Positions 51,801 through 60,077 of a DNA stretch of 64,000 bases are shown piece by piece. Each line of letters begins with the position of its first letter. Position 1 is the stretch's first letter. The stretch is taken from the NCBI GenBank assembly GCA_013288125.1, contig JABDCN010000002.1:2854-66853 (forward strand), in the 5' to 3' direction. Origin of the DNA: Gammaproteobacteria bacterium (GTDB lineage Bacteria > Pseudomonadota > Gammaproteobacteria > DSM-16500). The translations under genes and the position numbers were made by a program. The notes under the pieces are model-generated. The model made no database searches. It was not told where the DNA came from and saw only the letters and a program-made list of their open reading frames with translations.

Positions 51801-52590
51801 ATTCTTCATTTAAAGCAAACGCATCCTTATTTGTCACAAGATTAAATTTTTCTATCATCTCAATGACAACATCATACGCCAAAATCATACTTTCCCATTG
51901 TTTATTTTGACGTGGTTCATGAAAATATTTTTCCACGATAAATTCAAATAATCTAGCAAAATCGCCTTTCGTATTATCGTTATCTTCGTCAATAAATTGC
52001 TCCCAGCTTTCTACCTCGTCTGCGAAAAAATAATTTAATTTAAATGAAATATAATTAACATATAATCTCATTATTTTAGTTAGACATGATTGTTTCTCTC
52101 TATCTTCTTTTAATTGTAGTATACAATTGATATACACTTGATGGACAATAACAAGAAGATCAGTTTCTTGTTTGTAATATGAATACAAAACAAATGTATC
52201 GCATAAATCAATCGTTGTTTTTATGGGTGCTTTTTTATTTTTAAGACAGCGTACTACCATCTCTTTTTTTGCTTCAATAACTTTAAATTCTTTTATTTCA
52301 CTTAATAAACGTAACAAAGTATACAAATATAAATCATAAAGCGTGACATATGAATCGATACAATATGGGCTCTTTTCTTCAAGGTTATCGTGCTTATTAA
52401 TAAATTGACTAGCTACTTCTAATCCCTTTTTAATGATATCTTCTTCTAAGAACTCACTCCTATTGATGATAACAAGCGAGTCTAGCACTTGCGCACATTC
52501 TTTTTTATAGGCTTCTACTTCCGCCTCTACTTCCGCTCTTGCTTCACGCTGTTTCTTACGCGCATATTGAATTTGAAGATTACTACGCAC
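48895..52590 (-). CDS. Large coiled-coil protein with putative nucleotidyltransferase domain (paralog C)
   Basis: 1231 aa; GMHYKGGWAL...RISDVDPH...IYDIT; GTG start after GAGG. Confidence 0.7.
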   Translation of the reverse strand: MRSNLQIQYARKKQREARAEVEAEVEAYKKECAQVLDSLVIINRSEFLEEDIIKKGLEVASQFINKHDNLEEKSPYCIDSYVTLYDLYLYTLLRLLSEIKEFKVIEAKKEMVVRCLKNKKAPIKTTIDLCDTFVLYSYYKQETDLLVIVHQVYINCILQLKEDREKQSCLTKIMRLYVNYISFKLNYFFADEVESWEQFIDEDNDNTKGDFARLFEFIVEKYFHEPRQNKQWESMILAYDVVIEMIEKFNLVTNKDAFALNEESLNTFKEKILTYRDVAMIGQKKETQEELEERISNPALYQDKNTREKIRRMSSHLNHELPYLESKIDVDSVKKHMEKSIQLYYELLMAYIQLQGEIDTEVKALEKSVDRFDGDKMLDKVMYAKFMVSNQMDFYLKKILSCQYGEPIAIEYYKGLSLIYITTFNMAYRTKLTEDWHTIRQTLCDAAQLLKKIEINEYSYTDELSMTIIDCISAYLCSLCYIDINILNIGIAKYKMFYDELKKVRGDYFIQPLTWQENLANFSDKLFLIMIDDNESLNNIQKQIALLLPDHPFSQTIFDQLNAKSKEAGQIEELNKRIAEKKRNLNKKINEMECKLEEYKKNNKIIEENSNIVNEDMLATGFEPNQIPQHMIEQFKTLKKYYDNYTQRIRQIKRVNIEDYNEKIQSLKKMTNEENITTVFNTIDEKIYSLSEFEKNHYNITATDISAVKLLEKACIELSELLNCHDKIIIRVNHFLELKKDILSKLKANAEKQKIKNQLEEQKLKIKEKEEKAKKAKIAKQEKVKQKKQEKDARIIGEQIKIEDEKRKQQDEILLKGAGNCIVPENLDYGYYLHQTSMQNISDEEMKDNVGMHYKGGWALRCLIYKLCSNPENAKKLRISDVDPHCFYNEKFNVKEFIEREKLAIVGKSNEESLNQYINAIKADDEKHIIYDITFETAPGYQFNVISPIHCHAKHATANEFYDPERDCLQVDKYYYELIIPTEYREIIIKMCNGEAFYLFPPFHKNHPDYAYVAHKLYFKLKNVFPFLPSNSEDDPHLNLISYDKSIELLSAYYYDCLSEDKTSCYTDLTKFYGQEISQDEVPYVKLIFKQFYSGYLKSLNQDISGVAEKCADEYFKYITSKLNKINYNTKDKLIQRIQRIASEQISISVHVNSPVGFFVEPSAKRQSKQNVPQKKFRCHKRQEPLSLFQSQECQTAVKISQSEIKTNNNEQSSAPFSLINKEPTTVVCKK

Positions 52591-52753
52591 AATTATCCTC
52601 GCTAATACTAATGTGTTATTTATTATAAAAACCTAGTCCAAAAATCATGCAACAGTTGGCATAACCAATGGGTAAAAATCAACCTCGCAATTTAACCCAC
52701 AAGGGCTATAATACGCAAACAGATAAAAATCATCAAACATCAGGAGGACTGCC

Positions 52754-55423
52754 ATGACCGTCATTGATTCTTTTAAAACACGACGACAATTAAACGTAGA
52801 AGGAACAACATACGATTATTTTAGTTTACCAGCGCTCTATGATGCCGGTTTGAAAGAGACAGTTCGCTTACCTTACTCCCTCAAAATATTATTAGAAAAT
52901 TTATTACGACATGAAGATAATACGACTGTCACAGCAGACGATATTCTTGCACTTGATAAGTGGCATCAAAATAAACAATCCCATCGTGAAATTGCTTATC
53001 GCCCTTCCCGCGTATTAATGCAAGATTTTACTGGTGTGCCCGCCATTGTTGACTTAGGGGGCATGCGTGATGCCATCAAGCAACTTGGCGGTGATCCTAA
53101 ACGCATTAATCCTCTTTCGCCTGTTGATCTCGTGATTGACCATTCAATTCAAGTCGACGCCTATGGTTCCAATGAAGCCATGAAAATTAACGCTGAAATG
53201 GAAATGGAACGTAACGGCGAACGTTATGTTTTTTTGCGCTGGGGACAAGAAGCGTTTGATAATTTTCGTGTTGTACCGCCTGATACTGGCATTTGTCACC
53301 AAGTGAATTTGGAATATTTAGCTAAAACCGTTTGGCACGACACAAAAAACAAACAAGCCTATCCCGACACTTTAGTGGGTACGGATAGCCATACCACAAT
53401 GATTAATGGATTAGGCGTATTAGGCTGGGGCGTGGGCGGCATTGAAGCAGAAGCTGCGATGTTAGGCCAACCCATTTCCATGCTCATTCCTGAAGTAATC
53501 GGCGTTAAATTAACAGGTAAATTACAGGAAGGCGTCACTGCAACTGATCTCGTTCTCACTATCACACAATTATTGCGTCAAAAAGGTGTTGTAGGAAAAT
53601 TTGTCGAATTTTTTGGGACAGGATTATCTGCGTTACCTGTTGCGGACCGCGCAACGATTGCTAATATGTCGCCTGAATATGGTGCCACTTGCGGTTTTTT
53701 TCCCGTTGATCAATTAACACTAGATTATTTAAAACTCACTGGTCGCGATGCACATACCATTTCACTTGTGGAAGCTTATGCGAAAGCGCAAGGATTATGG
53801 CATGAAAAAAATACGCCTGAACCCGTCTTTACTGATATTGTTGAATTAGATTTATCTCAAGTAAAACCCAGCTTGGCAGGCCCCAAACGTCCACAAGATC
53901 GCGTTGAACTCACGCAATTAAAAACAGCATCTGAAAAATTATTAATAGATGCTAATCGTACTCAAGAAAAAAATACCGCATTTAAAACAACGGAATCTTT
54001 TGATTTACATCATGGTGATGTGGTGATTGCTGCGATTACAAGCTGCACCAATACTTCTAATCCTAGTGTGCTGATGGCGGCAGGATTAGTTGCTAAAAAA
54101 GCACTAGAAAAAGGCTTGGAATGTAAGCCCTGGGTAAAAACGTCACTTGCGCCTGGCTCACAAGTTGTTACACGTTATTTAGAAATAGCAGGACTTGATC
54201 GACCACTTAATCAATTAGGTTTTGATTTAGTCGGATATGGCTGCACAACTTGTATTGGAAATTCTGGTCCCTTACCTGATGCAGTTTCAAATGTCATTAA
54301 TGAAAAAGATTTAATTGTTTCTGCTGTATTATCTGGTAATCGAAATTTTGAAGGACGTATTCATCCACAAGTAAAAGCGAATTGGTTAGCTTCTCCTCCG
54401 CTTGTTGTGATATTTGCTTTAGCGGGCACAACCCATATTGATTTAACAAATGAACCCATTGCACATAACAAACAAGGCCAAGCAATTTATCTCAAAGATA
54501 TTTGGCCATCGAATGAAGAAGTTGCGATTGAAGTTGCAAAAGTAACAAGCAAAATGTTTCGCGAACAATATGCAGATGTATTCACGGGTGATAAAGCATG
54601 GCAATCCATGGCAACACCAACAGGAGAAACTTATACCTGGGATGCAAAATCAACTTATATTCAACATTCGCCTTTTTTTGAAAATATGGGACCTGAACCT
54701 AACACCATTCAACCCATTAATCGTGCGAGAATTTTAGCTTTGCTTGGTGATAGCATTACAACAGACCATATTTCACCTGCCGGTTCAATTAAACCAGATA
54801 GTCCAGCAGGAAAATATTTACAATCAAAAGGCGTGACTGTTAAAGATTTTAATTCTTATGGAACACGCCGCGGAAATTATGAAGTCATGGTACGCGGCAC
54901 ATTTGCCAATATTCGTATTAAAAATGAAATAGTGCCTGGGATAGAAGGCGGCATCACAAAGCATTATCCTAGTAATGATGTGTTATCGATTTATGATGCT
55001 GCGATGCGTTATCAACAAGACAATATTCCGCTTGTAGTAATTGCAGGTAAAGAATACGGATGCGGTTCTTCACGTGATTGGGCAGCAAAAGGGCCTAAAT
55101 TATTGGGAATACGTGCGGTTATTGCAGAAAGTTTTGAACGCATTCATCGCTCGAATTTAATTGGCATGGGTATTATTCCTTTGCAATTTGAACAAGATCA
55201 AAATAGAAAAACGCTTAATTTAACAGGCAATGAAGTTATTAGCTTGGCAGGATTGGGAGATCACATTAAACCAAATAGCCATATTAAAGCCGTAATACAA
55301 CGTGAAAATGGCGAAGAAATTGAAATTAATTTGTTGAGTCGAATTGATACGCAAAATGAAGTGGAATATTATAGGCATGGTGGTATTTTGCAGTATGTGC
55401 TGAGGAATATGCTGAAGAAATAA
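52754..55423 (+). CDS. acnA: Aconitate hydratase A
   Basis: RVLMQDFTGVP, GTDSHTTM, AAITSCTNTSNP, GYGCTTCIGNSG, GSSRDWAAKG. Confidence 0.97.
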   Translation: MTVIDSFKTRRQLNVEGTTYDYFSLPALYDAGLKETVRLPYSLKILLENLLRHEDNTTVTADDILALDKWHQNKQSHREIAYRPSRVLMQDFTGVPAIVDLGGMRDAIKQLGGDPKRINPLSPVDLVIDHSIQVDAYGSNEAMKINAEMEMERNGERYVFLRWGQEAFDNFRVVPPDTGICHQVNLEYLAKTVWHDTKNKQAYPDTLVGTDSHTTMINGLGVLGWGVGGIEAEAAMLGQPISMLIPEVIGVKLTGKLQEGVTATDLVLTITQLLRQKGVVGKFVEFFGTGLSALPVADRATIANMSPEYGATCGFFPVDQLTLDYLKLTGRDAHTISLVEAYAKAQGLWHEKNTPEPVFTDIVELDLSQVKPSLAGPKRPQDRVELTQLKTASEKLLIDANRTQEKNTAFKTTESFDLHHGDVVIAAITSCTNTSNPSVLMAAGLVAKKALEKGLECKPWVKTSLAPGSQVVTRYLEIAGLDRPLNQLGFDLVGYGCTTCIGNSGPLPDAVSNVINEKDLIVSAVLSGNRNFEGRIHPQVKANWLASPPLVVIFALAGTTHIDLTNEPIAHNKQGQAIYLKDIWPSNEEVAIEVAKVTSKMFREQYADVFTGDKAWQSMATPTGETYTWDAKSTYIQHSPFFENMGPEPNTIQPINRARILALLGDSITTDHISPAGSIKPDSPAGKYLQSKGVTVKDFNSYGTRRGNYEVMVRGTFANIRIKNEIVPGIEGGITKHYPSNDVLSIYDAAMRYQQDNIPLVVIAGKEYGCGSSRDWAAKGPKLLGIRAVIAESFERIHRSNLIGMGIIPLQFEQDQNRKTLNLTGNEVISLAGLGDHIKPNSHIKAVIQRENGEEIEINLLSRIDTQNEVEYYRHGGILQYVLRNMLKK

Positions 55424-55431
55424 AATTTAGG

Positions 55432-55503
55432 AAGGCAGTCTTCTTTGTTAAGGCAGTATTCTTTGTCGAGGCAGTATTCTTTGTTAAGACAGTATTCTCT
55501 GTA
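55432..55503. repeat. 4 x 18 bp tandem repeat abutting the left end of composite element copy 2
   Basis: AAGGCAGTCTTCTTTGTT / AAGGCAGTATTCTTTGTC / GAGGCAGTATTCTTTGTT / AAGACAGTATTCTCTGTA. Confidence 0.85.
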
Positions 55504-55937
55504 GTCAAGGAGGCGGGAGCAGTCATTTTGGCAATGGCTCGCTCGCCTCCGGCTCGCTGCGCTGAGTTGCCAAAATAACTCTCCCGCCTCCTTGACCTGC
55601 AAGCACCGAGTATAATTGCCGAAAATCAAACTCGATCTCATTGTCTTGCAACTTACACACACACCAATCCGCCGTCCCGCGGCTTGTCATCCTGAGCGCA
55701 GCGAAGGATCACTAACAAATGTCATAAGCGTATTTTAGTGATCCTTCGCTGCGCTCAGGATGACAGCACTACGTAAGATGAGTAAATAAAGTAGTGTCTC
55801 ATCAACAGTCAAACTTACGCAGGCCTTGAAAGTCCTGGGAGTTGGGGGAGTTATTTTGGTAAGTCAGCGGAGCGAGCCGGAGGCGAGTGAGCCATTACCA
55901 AAATAACTGCCCCCAACTTCCAGGACTACAGAGAATA
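55493..55937. mobile_element. Composite palindromic element, copy 2
   Basis: Arms at 55504-55596 and 55832-55926; terminal inverted repeat TATTCTCTGTAGTC ... GACTACAGAGAATA; a different REP hairpin in the centre. Confidence 0.78.
55674..55765. repeat. REP-like hairpin (same family as 22583-22671) preceded by a half-site of the RPE4-like repeat
   Basis: GTCCCGCGGCTT fused to GTCATCCTGAGCGCAGCGAAGGATCACTAA...TTAGTGATCCTTCGCTGCGCTCAGGATGACA. Confidence 0.8.
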
Positions 55938-56223
55938 TAGACAGATAGTATATACAAATTTCTCAGCTACAGAGAATATAAACAAATTGTATATACAAAT
56001 TTCTCAACTACAGAGAATATAAACAAATTGTATATACAGATTTCTCAACTACAGAGAATATAAACAAATAGTATATACAGATTTCTCAACTACAGAGAAT
56101 ATAAACAAATAGTATATACAGATTTCTCAGCTACAGAGAATATAAACAAATAGTATATACAAATTTCTCAACTACAGAGAATATAAACAAATTGTATATA
56201 CAGATTTCTCAACTACAGAGAAT
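55926..56223. repeat. 7.3 x 41 bp non-coding tandem array abutting the right end of composite element copy 2
   Basis: Unit CTACAGAGAATATAAACAAATWGTATATACARATTTCTCAR starting at 55926, 55967, 56008, 56049, 56090, 56131, 56172 and 56213 (partial). Confidence 0.95.
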
Positions 56224-56245
56224 GCACGCAAAAAGTAAATACAAA

Positions 56246-56608
56246 TTAATCTTGAACTGTTGTATTCTGAGCCGTCGTATTTGCGTCCTCATCTTCAATT
56301 TTTAACTTAGACGAATCAACGGTTGGTATCGCAGATTCTTTTTGCGCAATTTTAATCACAGTATCAGCCTCTTCTTTTGATTTAACCGTACCAGAAAGAT
56401 GCACAATACCATCTGATGTCAACACTTGTAATTTTATATCTGATAATGATTCTGTTTTACCAATGGCTTTAGTGACATTATCACTAATAATATTATCGAC
56501 AATGTTGGCATCAGATGAAGTTTGTGATGTGACTTGCGAAAAAGATTGAGAAGCAAATGAAATACTAAACGACATTAAACACAATCTGACTAGTTGATGT
56601 AATCTCAT
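56246..56608 (-). CDS. Exported BON-domain protein
   Basis: Signal peptide; SDNVTKAI...IKLQVLTSDGIVHLSGTVKS...A pattern. Confidence 0.75.
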   Translation of the reverse strand: MRLHQLVRLCLMSFSISFASQSFSQVTSQTSSDANIVDNIISDNVTKAIGKTESLSDIKLQVLTSDGIVHLSGTVKSKEEADTVIKIAQKESAIPTVDSSKLKIEDEDANTTAQNTTVQD

Positions 56609-56818
56609 AACAACTCCCTCGTATTAATTTCCGTTAGTAACACACTGTTATAAGTTCACATAGCGACAATTAATTATATTTTATCACGCTTTTGAAAGAG
56701 TACAGTTGAACGTTTCTAAGCAATTGAAAAATAAGGCACATACTTTTTTATCGTATAAATTCTATTTTATCGACTATAGTTAAATTAAGGATAAATAAGA
56801 TAATTAACGAGGAAAAAA

Positions 56819-58456
56819 ATGCCAGCACTAACACAAAGAAAACAATCTATGTCTTTTGCAAGAATTGGCAATGACTTAGAGATGAAAATAAAAAACATGC
56901 AGTTGCAAGGGCAAGATACAAGAGAAATTGCCCTGCTCGAGCAGTTATTGTCAGATATACGTGCGTTTGAAGAAGTACAAACAAATTGGCTAGTTAATTC
57001 AGGAATGATCGCAAAATACGAAAAGTATGAAAAGGATAAAGAAGATAAGAGCAAAGACAAGGACAAAGATAAAAGTAAAGATGAAAAAAAAGATCAGGGA
57101 AAAGATAAAGATAAAGATAAAGATAAAGATAAACGCAAAGATAAAAAAGAAACTCAGCAAATTGTATTATCGCAAAGCGAATTAAATCAAGAAGCTGCAG
57201 AATCACTTTTACAAAGCGCACAATTAACTTCACATATGGCAAAAGTCATTATTGCACAAATCGATCCTGATGATGAAGATGCAATCAAGCCTGTTTTACC
57301 TAAAAATAAATCCATTACTATCCTTGATAAAAAAGAAGCTGATTATGCATATTTAAAAAAAAATCATGGAAAACTTTTGGAGGATATTATTATATGTGCA
57401 AAAGAAGTAAAAAAACATGCTGAGAGTATTAGTGAAACCGATATCAGAAAAATTTTATCACGTCCCGTTTATAAAAGAGCACATCAATTAAATGCCGTCT
57501 ATTTTCCTTCTTTTCAAGGACTGGATCCTATTCTCGGCAGTTCAAGAGATGTAACAGAAGATAAAATCGAAGAATGGGAGGGTACATGTGCAGGTCACGT
57601 AAAGTCTTATGGAAAAATCGTGTCAAAAAAAGAAAAATATTTACATCTACCTCGCATGGATACGACTACCTTGCAATATCAGAATGAAGAAAATTTTCAC
57701 ATTTTATCCCGTAAAATTGAATGTAAAAATGACGATTCGTTTTCAACTATTTACACTAAAATGGAAACATTATTATCTCGGACAACTAGTCAATTTATTT
57801 ATTATTTCAGTTTAAATACATTTAATATTGGACATGCCATGAGTTTTAGAAAACTTTCTTTAGGAAAAATTGAATTTTTTGATCCAAATTACGGTGTATT
57901 TGTTTTTAATAATGAAAAATCATTTCTCGCCTGGACTTGCGAATTATTGAAATATTATATGAATTCGATGAAAGAAAAAGATTATTTTTTTTACGAAATG
58001 GAAATCGCACTTCAGCATAAAAATGCTCAACCTACCATCCCCCTAAAAGGCAGCGAAAAAAGAAATTGGAAAAAAACAAAAAAAATTCATGATTGCTTAA
58101 AGGAAGTATTAAATGATCCTATTTGGAATGAAAGAGGAGAAAATTTGATTGGCACAAAAATACCTGACGGTATTAAAAAATGCATGGATATTATTAACAT
58201 GCCTAAAATTTCATATGAATAAAAATTAATTGATATCGCTTTAATCTGTGAGAAAAAAATAAAAGAAAAGCCAACCGTTATGTTTGGTTTATTTGAGCCA
58301 GAACGTAATAAAAAAGTTGATGAGTTTTATCGATTAGTTTTTAAAATTTTTAGCGATTGGATGAATGGATTGAAAGTTGATTTAAAGCTCGAGAAACTCC
58401 GCTCACTTGTATCGGCTGATAGTGTTGTAAATACGCTTAAACGAGACTCGAAATAA
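56819..58456 (+). pseudogene. YopT/AvrPphB-like (C58) cysteine protease effector candidate; ORF 56819-58222 with an in-frame TAA, frame continuing to 58456
   Basis: EGTCAG (Cys), GHAMSF (His), FFDPNYG (Asp); 77 further sense codons after the TAA at 58220-58222. Confidence 0.7.
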
Positions 58457-58483
58457 AATTTCACAATAAAAATTTATTAGGAG

Positions 58484-58550
58484 AAGGAGGCTTAAAAAAA
58501 ACCTCCTCTCCCTTTCCCTCTCCTCCACAAAGAGCATGGAGGAGAGGGGA
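58484..58550. repeat. Two hairpins (terminator / CCCTCTCC-type REP)
   Basis: AGGAGG-N11-CCTCCT and CCCTCTCCTCCA-N9-TGGAGGAGAGGG. Confidence 0.55.
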
Positions 58551-58559
58551 CGTTTCAAT

Positions 58560-58678
58560 TCAGCGCTTGTGCCGGTCAAGGAGGTCGGGAGAGTTATTTT
58601 GGCAAGTCAGCGCAGCGAGCCGGAGGCGAGCGAGCCATTGCCAAAATAACTGCTCCCGACTTCCTTGACTACAGAGAA
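58560..58678 (-). repeat. Solo arm of the composite element family
   Basis: GTCAAGGAGGTCGGGAG...CTCCCGACTTCCTTGAC-TACAGAGAA; same core and terminus as the arms at 43057 and 55504. Confidence 0.85.
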
Positions 58679-58694
58679 ACAATACCTTGCCAAC

Positions 58695-60077
58695 TTACAT
58701 ACCCAACTTCCACGTCGTCCCCGCCGCGCCATCTTCAATCACTACATTCATATCAGACAACACTTTCCGAATACGATCAGCTTCACCCCAATTTTTTTCT
58801 TTTCGCGCTTGTTGTCTCGCTGCAATTAATGCATCGATCTTTTCAGCATCAACCCCCTCACCCGCTTGAAAAAACATTTCCGGATCAGCTTGCATAATAC
58901 CCAACACGCCACCCAAATATTTTAATAGTACACCATGTTGCGCCGCCAACTGCTCGTCTCCTTTATCACGCAAACGTTGAATTTCATGCGCCAATTCAAA
59001 CAAAACAGACAATGCAATCGGCGTATTAAAATCATCATCCATGGCTTCAATAAATTTTTTTTCAAATACAGTATTTTCCACACGTTCAGCTTTTGGTAAA
59101 AAACGCAGCGCCGTATAAAAACGCATTAAAGAATGTTTCGCTTTTTGCATGACATCTTCAGTATAAACCAAAGGACTGCGATAATGATTTGCCACTAAAA
59201 AATATCGTACGACTTCAGCATTATGCTCGCGCAAAATATCGCGTATCGTCACAAAATTACCTAATGATTTTGACATTTTTTCTTTATCAATTTGCAAAAA
59301 GCCCGCGTGCATCCAATATTTTGCAAACGATTTATCCGTACAAGATTGTGATTGTGCAATTTCATTTTCATGATGCGGAAAAATTAAATCACGACCACCA
59401 GCATGAATATCCAATTGTTCGCCTAATAATTTCATTGCCATCGCAGAACATTCAATATGCCAACCCGGCCTACCCTTTCCCCACGGTGAATCCCAAGCAG
59501 GCTCATTAGGTTTCGCCAATTTCCATAAAACAAAATCCAGCGGATCACGTTTGACATCTGTTACTTCAACACGTGCACCGCTTTCCAATTGTTCAATATC
59601 ATGATGAGACAAGCAGCCATATTCTTTAAATGTTCTGACTTGAAAGCAAACATCACCATTACTCGCCACATAAGCATGATTTTTTTTTATCATTGTTTCA
59701 ATTAATGAAATCATTTGTGGAATATAATCCGTCGCGCGCGGTTCATCATTTGGTGCTAATAAACCTAATGCATCAAAATCTTCGTGCATGGCTTTTGTAA
59801 AACGTTTTGTGACTTCGTGATAAGCTTCATTTTTTTCATTTGCACGTTTAATAATTTTATCATCAATATCTGTGATATTTCTCACATACCGCACATCATA
59901 ACCACGAAAACGTAAGTAACGCAAAATCACATCCATAGCAGTATAAGTACGCGCATGACCTAAATGACAATAATCATAAACCGTAACACCACACACATAC
60001 ATCGCCACTTGATTTGCTTTTAGTGGCTGAAAAAGGGTTTTCTCACGTGTTAAAGTATTAAAAATAGAAAGTGTCAC
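58695..60077 (-). CDS. cysS: Cysteine--tRNA ligase
   Basis: MYVCGVTVYDYCHLGHAR, GRPGWHIECSAM, FPHHENE, KMSKS. Confidence 0.97.
   Translation of the reverse strand: MTLSIFNTLTREKTLFQPLKANQVAMYVCGVTVYDYCHLGHARTYTAMDVILRYLRFRGYDVRYVRNITDIDDKIIKRANEKNEAYHEVTKRFTKAMHEDFDALGLLAPNDEPRATDYIPQMISLIETMIKKNHAYVASNGDVCFQVRTFKEYGCLSHHDIEQLESGARVEVTDVKRDPLDFVLWKLAKPNEPAWDSPWGKGRPGWHIECSAMAMKLLGEQLDIHAGGRDLIFPHHENEIAQSQSCTDKSFAKYWMHAGFLQIDKEKMSKSLGNFVTIRDILREHNAEVVRYFLVANHYRSPLVYTEDVMQKAKHSLMRFYTALRFLPKAERVENTVFEKKFIEAMDDDFNTPIALSVLFELAHEIQRLRDKGDEQLAAQHGVLLKYLGGVLGIMQADPEMFFQAGEGVDAEKIDALIAARQQARKEKNWGEADRIRKVLSDMNVVIEDGAAGTTWKLGM

Noticed and set aside
55790-55840. Hammerhead ribozyme suggested by TGATGAG and GAAA motifs
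   Set aside because: The two motifs lie on opposite strands, and the core CUGAUGA...GAAA arrangement is not formed.
55926-56223. 41 bp array as a CRISPR array
   Set aside because: Units are contiguous and nearly identical with no unique spacers, and no cas genes are adjacent.
56775-56815. PmrA box upstream of the effector candidates
   Set aside because: The TTAA half-sites do not show the expected 11 bp spacing, and the AT-rich background makes chance matches likely.
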